Positions 1 through 12,355 of a stretch of 64,000 nt of DNA are shown here, in pieces. Both the position numbers and the translations under genes were made by a program. The stretch's first letter is position 1. The number at the start of each line of letters is the position of its first letter. This stretch comes from Anaeramoeba ignava BMAN (taxonomy: Eukaryota > Protista > Anaeramoebae): positions 6,521 to 70,520 of the forward strand of contig JAPDFW010000025.1 of assembly GCA_028826165.1 (NCBI GenBank), given 5' to 3'. The notes beneath the pieces were generated by a model. The model ran no database searches. It was not told the origin of the DNA and saw only the letters and a program-made list of their open reading frames with translations.

Positions 1-3000
1 CATTATTTTTTGAATTAAGATCAGATCCTTTGGAAATTAATAATTCAATAATTTCTTTTGGATATTTATTTTTCAAAGCAATATATAAAGGTATTTCTTT
101 TTGATAATTTTTTGAATTAATATCAGAACCTTTGGAAATTAATTCAATAATTTCATTTGAATATTGATTTCTCAAAGCAATATGTAAAGGTATTTCATTT
201 TGATAATTTTTTGAATTAATATCAGAACCTTTGGAAATTAATAATTTAATAATTTCATTTGGATATTTATTTTTCAAAGCAAAATGTAAAGGTATTTCAT
301 TTTGATAATTTTTTGAATTAATATTAGAACCTTTGGAAATTAATAATTCAATAATTTTATTTGGATATTTATTTTTCAAAGCAATATGTAAAGGTATTTC
401 ATTTTCATTATTTTTTGAATTAATATCAGATCCTTTGGAAATTAATAATTTAATAATTTCATTTGGATATTTATTTTTCAAAGCAATATGTAAAGGTATT
501 TCATTTTGATAATTTTTTGAATTAATATTAAAATCTTTGGAAATTAATAATTTAATAATTTCATTTGGATATTTATTTTTCAAAGCAATATGTAAATGTA
601 TTTCTATAATTTCATTTTGGATATTTATTTTTCAAAGCAATATGTAAATGTATTTCATTTTGATTATTTTTTGAATTAATATTAGAACCTTTTGAAATTA
701 ATAATTCAATAATTTTATTTGGATATTTATTTTTCAAAGCAAAATGTAAAGGTATTTCTTTTCCATCTATTTTTGAATTAATATCAGATCCTTTGGAAAT
801 TAATAATTCAATAATTTCATTTGGATAGTTATTTTTCAAAGCAATATATAAAGGTATTTGATTTTGATTATTTTTTGAATTAATATCAGATCCTTTGGAA
901 ATTAATAATTTAATAATTTCATTTGGATTTTGGTTTTTCAAAGCAATATGTAAAGGTATTTCATTCTGATTATTTTTTGAATTAATATCAGATCCTTTGG
1001 AAATTAATAATTCAATAATTTCATTTGGATTTTGGTTTCTCAAAGCAATATGTAAAGGTATTTCATTCCAATCATTTTTTGAATTAATATTAGAACCTTT
1101 GGAAATTAATAATTCAATAATTTCATTTGGATATTTATTTTTCAAAGCAATATGTAAAGGTATTTCATTCCAATAATTTTTTGAATTAATATTAGAACCT
1201 TTGGAAATTAATGATTCAATAATTTCATTTGAATAATTGTTTTTCAAAGCAATATGTAAAGGTATTTCATTTTCATAATTTTGTGAATTAATATCAGATC
1301 CTTTGGAAATTAATAATTTAATAATTTCATTTGGATATTTATTTTTCAAAGCAAAATGTAAAGGTATTTCATTTTGATTATTTTTTGAATTAATATCAAA
1401 ATCTTTGGAAATTAATAATTCAATAATTTCATTTGGATTTTGGTTTCTCAAAGCAATATGTAAAGGTATTTCTTTTTGATTATTTTTTGAATTAATATTA
1501 GAACCTTTGGAAATTAATAATTCAATAATTTCATTTGGATATTTATTTTTCAAAGCAATATGTAAAGGTATTTCATTTTGATTATTTTTTGAATTAATAT
1601 CAGAACCTTTGGAAATTAATAATTCAATAATTTCATTTGGATGTTTATTTTTCAAAGCAATATGTAAAGGTATTTCATTTTAATAATTTTTTGAATTAAT
1701 ATTAGAACCTTTGGAAATTAATAATTCAATAATTTCATTTGGATTTTTATTTTTCAAAGCAATATGTAAAGGTATTTCATTTTGATAATTTTTTGAATTA
1801 ATATTAGAACCTTTGGAAATTAATAATTCAATAATTTCATTTGGATATTTATTTTTCAAAGCAATATGTAAAGGTATTTCATTTTCATTATTTTTTGAAT
1901 TAATATTAGAACCTTTGGAAATTAATAATTCAATAATTTTATTTGAATATTTATTTTTCAAAGCAATATGTAAAGGTATTTCATTCCATTTATTTTTTGA
2001 ATTAATATCAGATCCTTTAGAAATTAATAATTCAATAATTTCATTTGGATATTTATTTTCCAAAGCAATATGTAAAGGTATTTTATTTTCATAATTTTTT
2101 GAATTAATATCAGAATCTTTGGAAATTAATAATTTAATAATTTCATTTGAATATTGATTTTCCAAAGCAATATGTAAAGGTATTTTATCCAGATAATTTT
2201 TTAAATTAATATCAAAATCTTTGGAAATTAATAATTCAATAATTTTATTTGGATATTTATTTTTCAAAGCAATATGTAAAGGTATTTCATTTTCATAATT
2301 TTTTGAATTAATATTAGATCCTTTGGAAATTAATAATTCAATAATTTTATTTGAATATTTATTTTCCAAAGCGATATGTAAAGGTATTTCTTTTTCATTA
2401 TTTTTTGAATTAATATTAGAACCTTTGGAAATTAATAATTCAATAATTTCATTTGGATTTTTATTTTTCAAAGCAATATGTAAAGGTATTTCATTTTCAT
2501 AATTTTTTGAATTAATATTAGAACCTTTGGAAATTAATAATTCAATAATTTTATTTGAATATTTATTTTTCAAAGCAATATGTAAAGGTATTTCATTCAG
2601 ATAATTTTTTGAATTAATATCAGAACCTTTGGAAATTAATAATTCAATAATTTTATTTGAATATTTATTTTTCAAAGCAATATGTAAAGGTATTTTATCC
2701 AGATAATTTTTTAAATTAATATCAAAATCTTTGGAAATTAATAATTCAATAATTTCTTTTGGATATTTATTTTTCAAAGCAATATGTAAAGGTATTTCAT
2801 TTTCATTATTTTTTGAATTAATATCAGAATCTTTTGAAATTAATAATTCAATAATTTCATTTGAATAATTGTTTTTCAAAGCAATATGTAAAGGTATTTC
2901 ATTCCATTTATTTTTTGAATTAATATCAGATCCTTTAGAAATTAATAATTCAATAATTTCTTTTGAATAATTGTTTTCCAAAGCAATATGTAAAGAATTG

Positions 3001-3221
3001 TTTCCATATTTATCAACCCAATTTAAATTTGTTTCTTTTTCAATAAGTTTTTGAATAATTTCTTTTTTTGATTTATGTTCAAAAGCATAATTTAGAAAAG
3101 GTTCATTTTCTTTTTCAATTTGTTTTGTTGTTTTCAAAGTTTGAATTGAATCAAAGAATTCAGTGTTATTTGTTTTAATTGCTTCATAAACTTGTTCTAA
3201 TTGATATTTTTTGTCAATCAT
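1..3221 (-). CDS. Intronless tandem ankyrin-repeat protein (~30 near-identical 33-aa/99-bp repeats), running off the window start; interrupted by an in-frame TAA (1680-1682) and a frameshift plus partial repeat deletion near 600-620 (pseudogene or assembly error)
   Basis: ORFs 1680..3221 and 612..1655 are in the same frame and consist of repeats of N-x-x-NEIPLHIALKNKYPNEIIELLISKGSDINSK (first repeat DKYGNNSLHIAL). The same repeat continues below position 600. Confidence 0.9.
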
Positions 3222-3294
3222 TATTTTAATTTTTTGAAAAAGAAAAAAATGAAAATTTATTTTTTCATTTTTTTTTCATTTTTTTTTTATTAAA
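3222..3294. promoter_or_regulatory. 73-bp bidirectional promoter region with TTCATTTT initiator-like motifs on both strands
   Basis: Head-to-head ATGs at 3221 (-) and 3295 (+). A TTCATTTT lies shortly upstream of each. Confidence 0.55.
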
Positions 3295-4988
3295 ATGCAA
3301 AATTCAAATTCAAGTAAAAAGAAAAAATCTTCAATAATTTTAGAAGATGAAACAAGAATCAAACGAATTCGAAATAAAAATGAAATTCCAAATGAAAAGA
3401 AAACAAATCCAAATGAAATTAAAATTAAAATTAAAATTCCAAATGAAAATGAAAATGAAAATTTAATTCAAAATCAAATTCAAAATTTTGTTGAAAATTT
3501 AATTCCAAATGGAAATAGAAATGAGAATTCAAATGAAAATTTAATTCAAATTCAAGATTTATTTCCAAATGGAAATGGAAATGGAAATGGAAATGAAAAT
3601 AACCAAATTCAAATATTAAATCAAATTGAAAATGAAATTCAAATTGAAAATGGAAAATATAAAGAAAAAATTATTCAAGAAAATAACGAATTTCAAAAGA
3701 AAAAAGAAATTCAATCATTTAAACCAAAAATCGATTCACAAAGAGATTTACAATTTTTTGGAAATGAATATTCAGATTCCAATGGTAGTAATTTATTAAA
3801 TTTGCTTTGAATAAATGAAATCAAAATTTAAACAAAAATCAAAATTTTAAATTTGAACACAAGAATCACTTGAAGATTCAATCAAATCTATGAAAAGATT
3901 TCCAACAAAGAAAGGAATTCAAAAAAATTCATTGTTTCTTTTACAAAAATTAACAAAAAAAAATGAAAGTAAACAAAAATGTTTCTTAATCTCATTGTTT
4001 CTTTTAAGAAATAATTCTCAAAATCAACAAAAATTCAATTTTATTCCAAAAAAAATAATTTAAAATAGCAAATACCAAAAAAATCAATAAATTGTTTGGA
4101 ATTGAAACAATTATCAGATCGATGCATAACTTTCCAAATAATCAAAATATTCAAAAATATGGATGTGGAGTTTTATCTAATATTGCCATTTATCATGGTA
4201 ATAAAAAAAAAGCAATTCAAGTCTATTTAATCTGATTTAATAATAAATAAAAAATAGAAAATCGAGAAAAAATCAGAAATTTTGATGGAATTGATATAAT
4301 TCTCAAATCAATGAATAATTTTCCAAATAATAAAGATATTCAAAAATATGGATGTAAAGCTTTATCTAATATTGCTATTGATTCATGTAAATCAAAAAAT
4401 CCAAAACCAAAAAATTATTCAAAAAATTAATCAAAAAATTTAAAATCAAAAGTGAATCAAAAAGAGATTAGAATATTGAAAGGTATTGAAACTATAATAA
4501 CAGCAATGAATAATTTTTCAAATGATATAGTTATTCAACATCAAGGTTTTAGAGCTTTAATAAATATTGCTTTTGATAATGAAAGTAATAAACTCAACAG
4601 AATTCAATTCAATTTAAAAAATTTAAATTCATCTAAAAATTAAAAATTAAAAAAAAAAAAAGAAAACCAAAACGAGATTAGAATTTTACAAGGAATTCAA
4701 ACCATTCTTAAAATAATGAATAATTTCCCAAATAACCAAAATATCCAATATCGAGGATGTTTGATTTTATGGAATATGTCTTTTGATCATCGTAAAAAAA
4801 AACAATCAAATTATTTTTTTGATAATAATTTTTTGTAATTTAAATTCTTAAAAAAACAAAAAGAAAATAAGCACGAAATCAAAAGATTTAATGGGATTAA
4901 TCTTATAAAAAAAGCACTTGAAAATTTTCCAAATGATCATGATATCCAAGAACAAGGAAAATCTGCTCTTGAAAATTTAAAAAAATAA
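3295..4988 (+). CDS. Armadillo-repeat protein with an N/E/Q-rich N-terminus; exons 3295-3784, 3864-3968, 4069-4197, 4258-4386, 4453-4584, 4663-4791, 4864-4988
   Basis: GT-AG phase-1 introns join repeats such as NREKIRNFDGIDIILKSMNNFPNNKDIQKYGCKALSNIAID into one continuous frame ending at TAA 4986-4988. Confidence 0.8.
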
Positions 4989-5113
4989 ATCAGAATTATT
5001 TATTTTAATTTTAATTTTAATTTTATAAATGAATTTTAATTTGGATTTTAATTTTAATTTTATTTTTGATTTGAATTTTAATTTTAATTTTAATTTTAAT
5101 TTTAATTTTAATT

Positions 5114-6886
5114 TTAATTTTGATTATTAAATTTTTTAATTAATAAATCAAATAAATTTGGATTTGTTTGATTTAATTGAAAATAATCAATTCCTGTTTT
5201 AATTTCATCAATGATTTCTTGTGTAATTTCAATTTCTTCTTTAATTTGATTTGAATAAATCCAATATTCAAATATTTGAAATGATTTATTATTTAATTCA
5301 CTATAATCTGTAACTTTATTAGAAGTATCATTTATTACAGATAAAAACATTCCTCGATATAATTCACTTCTCATTATTAATATTAATTTAGGAAATTTAT
5401 ATTGTTTTTCTTTTCTTTCAATAATAAAATCTTTTTTATTTTCATTTTCATTTAAATAAATTCTTTTCATTGTTTCTTCAATTTTTTCATTTGAATTTAT
5501 AATTTCTTTAATTTCAGAATATAATTTTGGATTTATTTTAGAATTGTTTGAATAAATCATTTCAAATATTTGATTTGATTCTTTAATTGATTTTTTTGAA
5601 ATAATTTCTTGAAGTTTTTCAATTTCATTTTCATCTTTTAATCTATATTTCAATATTAATTTATGAGCTTCAATTATTTCTCCATTTTTGGTTTTAAATG
5701 AAATATTACAAAATTCTTTTCTTTTAAATAATTTTATCAAATCTTCTTCAAGATTAGAAAAAGAAAAAGGAGAATAATAAAGAAAAGATTTTGAACTACC
5801 ACAAGAAAGATGATAATTGGAAATATTTTCATTAAATCTTAATTTAGGAAGTTCAATTTGAATTGGAATTGATTGATATTTTGTATCTCCAGTTCCTAAT
5901 TCACCTAAATTATTTAAACCAAATCCGATCAATTTCCCTTTGGAAGTTAAAATCAAAGTATGAAGATCTCCACAAGAGATATCAAGAATATTATCACCAT
6001 TTTCAAATAAAGATGATTTGATTTCAGTAAATTCATAAGTTTCTTGATATTTGCCAAGTCCATTATATATCCAACTTCCACATGAATAAAGTTTTCTTTT
6101 TGGATTTTCATTTTGATCTTCATCTTCAATCAACATTATTGAATGAAATTCTCCACATTGAATATCAATTATTTTACCTTTTGGAATATTTTGGATTTTG
6201 GTTAATTTTTGGATTTTTGTTTCTTCTTTTCTTGATTCTCCTAATCCAAGTTGGCCAGAATAATTATTTCCGCATCCAAATAATTCTTGGTTTGAATTCA
6301 AAAGAAAAACATGATGTGAAGTATTTCCTGAAAATATTTTAGAAACATTTTTCATCATTAAAATTGGTTTTTCTGTTTCTTTAAATGTTTTATAATCAAA
6401 ACCAAGTTGACCACTATCATTTGAACCAATTCCATAAGCATTTTGATTTGAAGTTAATAAGTAAATTGAATTGTGTCCAGAACCAATATCTTGAATTATT
6501 CTATCATTTGTATCTTCAATTAATGATGAAATATTGATAAATTTATTTGGATTTTCTGGATTAATATCAATTCCTTTGGCAAATACATTTCCTTCTATTG
6601 TTAAAATAGCTTCATTTCGAATACCAACAGTTACTTTTTGAATATTTTCTTCAATTTGGATTTTTGAAGGATTTTCATTTGAATCTCTTTGATATTCTAT
6701 TGCTTTTCCATTTTTAAAAAGGAAAATTGTTGAAAAATAACTTGTTGAAATTTGTTTAATTTGTTTTTCATTTTCATTTTCATTTTCATTTTCAAATTTA
6801 AATTGAATTGGTTTTTTTATCATTTCTGGTTCATTTTTGAAAAGAATTGGATAACCATTTTGACCAAAAAATAAACAATCATTCAT
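5114..6886 (-). CDS. RCC1-repeat plus BTB/POZ domain protein
   Basis: RCC1 motifs (GSNDSGQLG, GNNYSGQLGLG, CGEFHS, CGDLHTLILT, GLNNLGELGTG) followed by BTB-like segments (FCNISFKT...IEAHKLIL; DFII...FPKLILIMRSELYRGMF). Intronless. Confidence 0.88.
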   Translation of the reverse strand: MNDCLFFGQNGYPILFKNEPEMIKKPIQFKFENENENENEKQIKQISTSYFSTIFLFKNGKAIEYQRDSNENPSKIQIEENIQKVTVGIRNEAILTIEGNVFAKGIDINPENPNKFINISSLIEDTNDRIIQDIGSGHNSIYLLTSNQNAYGIGSNDSGQLGFDYKTFKETEKPILMMKNVSKIFSGNTSHHVFLLNSNQELFGCGNNYSGQLGLGESRKEETKIQKLTKIQNIPKGKIIDIQCGEFHSIMLIEDEDQNENPKRKLYSCGSWIYNGLGKYQETYEFTEIKSSLFENGDNILDISCGDLHTLILTSKGKLIGFGLNNLGELGTGDTKYQSIPIQIELPKLRFNENISNYHLSCGSSKSFLYYSPFSFSNLEEDLIKLFKRKEFCNISFKTKNGEIIEAHKLILKYRLKDENEIEKLQEIISKKSIKESNQIFEMIYSNNSKINPKLYSEIKEIINSNEKIEETMKRIYLNENENKKDFIIERKEKQYKFPKLILIMRSELYRGMFLSVINDTSNKVTDYSELNNKSFQIFEYWIYSNQIKEEIEITQEIIDEIKTGIDYFQLNQTNPNLFDLLIKKFNNQN

Positions 6887-7763
6887 TTTTTAAAAAGAAG
6901 AAAATGAAAAAATGAAAAATGAGTAATTTTGATTTGAAATTATTTTTTTCCTTTTATTTAAAAAATTTTTTTTTTCTTTTTTCATTTTTTTTCATTTTTC
7001 TCTTTTAACAAAAGTAAGTAAAAATAATTGATAATTTGAATAAAAATTATAAACAAAAAAAAACATTTAAAAAAATTTTTTTTTCAATTTTTAATTTATT
7101 ATTTAAATTTATTATTGTTAATGTGATTGTTTTTTTTCCACATTAAACTTTTTAAGGCAAATTTTTTTTTTTTGCCTTTTTTTTATTAAAATTAATTTAA
7201 CAATTAAAATTCATTTATAAATTAAATTCAAATTAAAATTAAAATTAAAATTTAAATTGAAAATTGAAAATTAAAATTAAAATTAAAATTAAAATCAAAA
7301 ATAAATTCAAAATCAAAATTAAAATTAAAATCAAAAATAAAATTAAAATTAAAATTAAAATTAAAATCAAAATTAAATTAAAATTAAAATTAAAATTAAA
7401 ATTAAAATTAAAATTAAAATTAAAATTAAAATTAAAATTAAAATTCATTTAACAATTAAAATTAAAATTAAAATTCATTTAACAATTAAAATTATAATTA
7501 AAATTAAAATTAAAATTCATTTAAAATTTAAAATTAAAATTAAAATTAAAATCAAAAATAAATTCAAAATTAAAATTAAAATTAAAATTAAAATTAAAAT
7601 TAAAATTAAAATTCATTTATAAATTAACAATCAAAATCAAAATTAAAATTAAAATCAAAATTAAATCAAAATCAAAATTAAAATTAAAATTAAAATTAAA
7701 ATTAAAATTAAAATTCATTTATAAATTTAAATTGAAAATTCATTTATAAAATTAAAAATGTAG

Positions 7764-8591
7764 ATGTCAAAAAACATTGAACAACTCGAACAAGAAGAAG
7801 CAGTTTTAAAGAAAAAACTTATTCAAATCAAACGAAGATGTTCCAAAGCAGAAGGCTTACTTCCCAAAGTCCAAGAAATCAACGATCAATTTGCGAAACT
7901 TGGAGAAGAAAACGCCAAACTTAAACAGAAATTCCGTGTCACTGTCAATGACATTAAGACAGCAAGAAACATTTCCAAAAACATTCAAAGTCAGATCGAC
8001 TCATTTAAAGTGCAAATGGCACATTCAGAAAAATTACAGAAAGACGTTGAAAGCAAAAAACAAGAACTTGAAAAAATGGACGAGAATCTTGAAGACAAAT
8101 CAGAAAAATTACAAGAACTTGAAGCTGAAGTTCATAAAAAAGAAACACTTGTTTCTACTTTGGAAAGAAAATTGCAACTTGCTCAATCACAAAAAGGACA
8201 AGCTGATAAAAGAACAAAACAAAAAGACGGTCAATTATCAGATCTTGTCAAGCGAATTCAATCTGCTGATAAATCTATTCAAACCCTCACTGAGTCGTTA
8301 AAAACCGAAAGTGAAAATTATGATGATAATATCCAAAAATCACGTGATTTAAATGAAAATTTTCAATCCAAAAAACGAAAAGTTGAGGATATTCAAAGAC
8401 TTATTCTTTCAGAAAGAGACGCCCTTCAAAAAGAAAAGAAACAACAAAAAGCTTCGAAAGATAAACTTTCCGACTTGGAAATTAAACTTGCTAAAGCTAA
8501 GGCTAGAATCTCCATTTTGGAAATTGCTGATGATTTAGGTGATGATTTGGGTGATGATGGTTCTGATGATAATGCTGATCTTGATTTGTAG
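7764..8591 (+). CDS. 275-aa coiled-coil protein with an acidic tail, probably preceded by a 5'UTR intron (7014-7763)
   Basis: Heptad-rich K/E/Q/L sequence with exon-like GC content. GTAAGT donor at 7014 and a TAG acceptor immediately before the ATG. Confidence 0.75.
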   Translation: MSKNIEQLEQEEAVLKKKLIQIKRRCSKAEGLLPKVQEINDQFAKLGEENAKLKQKFRVTVNDIKTARNISKNIQSQIDSFKVQMAHSEKLQKDVESKKQELEKMDENLEDKSEKLQELEAEVHKKETLVSTLERKLQLAQSQKGQADKRTKQKDGQLSDLVKRIQSADKSIQTLTESLKTESENYDDNIQKSRDLNENFQSKKRKVEDIQRLILSERDALQKEKKQQKASKDKLSDLEIKLAKAKARISILEIADDLGDDLGDDGSDDNADLDL

Positions 8592-8859
8592 ATCCGCTTT
8601 TTTTTCTCCACTTTTTTTCTTTCATTTTCTTCTTTTTTTTTTCTTCTTCATTCTTCTTCATCCATTTTAATTTCAATTTCCATTTTCATTTTCATTTCCT
8701 TTTTCATTTCCTTTTTCATTTCCTTTTTTTCATTTTTGTTTCGTTTTTTGGAACGAATTAACTAAGAAAATTTCTCAACTAAACTTTTTAACTTTTTCAT
8801 TTTCCATTTTAAATCAAATTTCAATCAAAAAACAAATCAAAAAAACAAATCAAAATTAA

Positions 8860-11800
8860 ATCAAAAAAAAGTGGAATAAAAATATTTTAATTTAAATTTA
8901 AATAAAAAATTGAATATAAATATTAATTATTAATTATAGATATTTATTTATATTAATTATTTAAATATTATTTAAATTTAATTATAAATATTTCTAATTA
9001 AATTTCATTTTAAAAATTAAATCAAAAAAAAAGTGGAATAAAAATATTTTAATTTAAATTTAAATAAAAAATTAAATATAAATATTAATTATTAATTATA
9101 GATATTTATTTATATTTATTATTTAAATATTATTTAAATTTAATTATAAATATTTCTAAATAAATTTCATTTTAAAAATTAAATCAAAAAAAAAGTGGAA
9201 TAAAAATATTTTAATTTAAAATTAAATAAAAAATTAAATATAAATATTAATTATTAATTATAAATATTTATTTATATTAATTATTTAAATATAATTATAA
9301 ATATTTCTAAATAAATTTCATTTTAAAAATTAAATCAAAAAAAAGTGGAATAAAAATATTTTAATTTAAATTTAAATAAAAATTAAATATAAATATTAAA
9401 TATTTCTTATAAATATTTATTTATATTAATTATTTAAATATTATTTAAATTTAATTATAAATATTTCTAAATAAATTTCATTTTAAAAATTAAATCAAAA
9501 AGTGGAATAAAAATATTTTAATTTAAAATTAAATAAAAATTAAATATAAATATTAATTATTAATTATAAATATTTATTTATATTAATTATTTAAATATTA
9601 TTTAAATTTAATTATAAATATTTTTAAATAAATTTCATTTTAAAAATTAAATCAAAAAGTGGAATAAAAATATTTTAATTTAAATTTAAATAAAAATTGA
9701 ATATAAATATTAAATATTAATTAGAGATATTTATTTATATTTATTATTTAAATATTATTTAAATTTAATTATAAATATTTCTAATTAAATTTCATTTTAA
9801 AAATTAAATCAAAAAAAAGTGGAATAAAAATATTTTAATTTAAATTTAAATTTAAATAAAAAAATTAAATATAAATATTAATTATTAATTATAGATATTT
9901 ATTTATATTAATTATTTAAATATTATTTATATTTAATTATAAATATTTCTAATTAAATTTCATTTTAAAAATTAAATCAAAAAAAAAAGTGGAATAAAAA
10001 TATTTTAATTTAAATTTAAATAAAAATTAAATATAAATATTAATTATTAATTATAGATATTTATTTATATTTATTATTTAAATATAATTATAAATATTTC
10101 TAAATAAATTTCATTTTAAAAATTAAATCAAAAAGTGGAATAAAAATATTTTAATTTAAATTTAAATAAAAATTAAATATAAATATTAAATATTTCTTAT
10201 AAATATTTATTTATATTTATTATTTAAATATTATTTAAATTTAATTATAAATATTTCTAAATAAATTTCATTTTAAAAATTAAATCAAAAAAAAAAGTGG
10301 AATAAAAATATTTTAATTTAAATTTAAATAAAAATTAAATATAAATATTAATTATTAATTATAAATATTTTTATTTATATTAATTATTTAAATATAATTA
10401 TAAATATTTCTAAATAAATTTCATTTTAAAAATTAAATCAAAAAAAAGTGGAATAAAAATATTTTTAATTTAAATTTTTAAATAAAAATTAAATATAAAT
10501 ATTAAATATTTCTTATAAATATTTATTTATATTTATTATTTAAATATTATTTAAATTTAATTATAAATATTTTCTAAATAAATTTCATTTTAAAAATTAA
10601 ATCAAAAAAAAGTGGAATAAAAATATTTTAATTTAAATTTAAATAAAAATTAAATATAAATATTAAATATTTCTTATAAATATTTATTTATATTTATTAT
10701 TTAAATATTATTTTAAATTTAATTATAAATATTTCTAAATAAATTTCATTTTAAAAATTAAATCAAAAAAAAAGTGGAATAAAAATATTTTAATTTAAAT
10801 TTAAATAAAAATTAAATATAAATATTAATTATTAATTATAAATATTTATTTATACTAATTATTTAAATATTATTTATATTTAATTATAAATATTTTAAAT
10901 AAATTTCATTTTAAAAATTAAATCAAAAAAAAGTGGAATAAAAATATTTTAATTTAAATTTAAATAAAAATTGAATATAAATATTAAATATTAATTAGAG
11001 ATATTTATTTATATTTATTATTTAAATATTATTTAAATTTAATTATAAATATTTCTAAATAAATTTCATTTTAAAAATTAAATCAAAAAGTGGAATAAAA
11101 AATATTTTAATTTAAATTTAAATAAAAATTAAATATAAATATTAATTATTAATTATAGATATTTATTTATATTAATTATTTAAATATTATTTATATTTAA
11201 TTATAAATATTTCTAAATAAATTTAATTATAGAAATTAAATCAAAAAGTGGAATAAAAATATTTTTAATTTAAATTTAAATAAAAATTAAATATAAATAT
11301 TAATTATTAATTATAAATATTTATTTATATTAATTATTTAAATATTATTTAAATTTAATTATAAATATTTCTAAATAAATTTCATTTTAAAAATTAAATC
11401 AAAAAGTGGAATAAAAATATTTTAATTTAAAATTAAATAAAAATTAAATATAAATATTAAATATTACTTATAGATATTTATTTATATTAATTATTTAAAT
11501 ATTATTTATATTTAATTATAAATATTTCTAATTAAATTTCATTTTTAAAAATTAAATCAAAAAGTGGAATAAAAATATTTTAATTTAAAATTTAAATAAA
11601 AATTAAATATAAATATTAAATATTTCTTATAAATATTTATTTATATTAATTATTTAAATATTATTTAAATTTAATTATAAATATTTCTAAATAAATTTCA
11701 TTTTAAAAATTAAATCAAAAAGTGGAATAAAAATATTTTAATTTAAATTTAAATAAAAAATTAAATATAAATATTAATTATTAATTATAGATATTTATTT

Positions 11801-12260
11801 ATATTTATTATTTAAATATTATTTAAATTTAATTATAAATATTTCTAATTAAATTTCATTTTAAAAATTAAATCAAAAAGTGGAATAAAAATATTTTAAT
11901 TTAAATTTAAATAAAAATTAAATATAAATATTAATTATTAATTATAAATATTTATTTATATTTATTATTTAAATATTACTTATATTTAATTATAAATATT
12001 TCTAATTAAATTTCATTTTAAAAATTAAATCAAAAAAAAGTGGAATAAAAATATTTTAATTTAAATTTAAATAAAAAATTGAATATAAATATTAAATATT
12101 ACTTATAGATATTTATTTATATTAATTATTTAAATATTATTTATATTTAATTATAAATATTTCTAATTAAATTTCATTTTAAAAATTAAATCAAAAAAAA
12201 GTGGAATAAAAATATTTTAATTTAAATTTAAATAAAAAATTAAATATAAATATTAAATAT
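8860..12260. repeat. AT-rich tandem satellite, ~22 copies of a ~146-170-bp (mean ~159) unit
   Basis: The anchor AAATCAAAAA(A)nGTGGAATAAAAATATTTT recurs at 8871, 9033, 9195, 9344 ... 12040 and 12201. Confidence 0.95.
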
Positions 12261-12355
12261 TTCTTATTTAAATAAATTAAAAAAAGTTGATTGAAATTTA
12301 TTTCTTTTATTTCTTTTAAAAAAAATTTTTTTAGAAAATCAAAGAGAAAAAAAAT

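Noticed and set aside
1680-1682. TAA reassigned to Gln/Glu (alternative genetic code)
   Set aside because: TAA, TAG and TGA all terminate conserved genes here (TCTP, MOB1, EMC7, DDI1, Nup107-like), and other long ORFs contain no in-frame TAA.
8860-12260. Telomeric repeat or organellar DNA insertion
   Set aside because: There is no short G-rich telomere unit and no organellar gene remnant. It is an internal ~159-bp tandem array.
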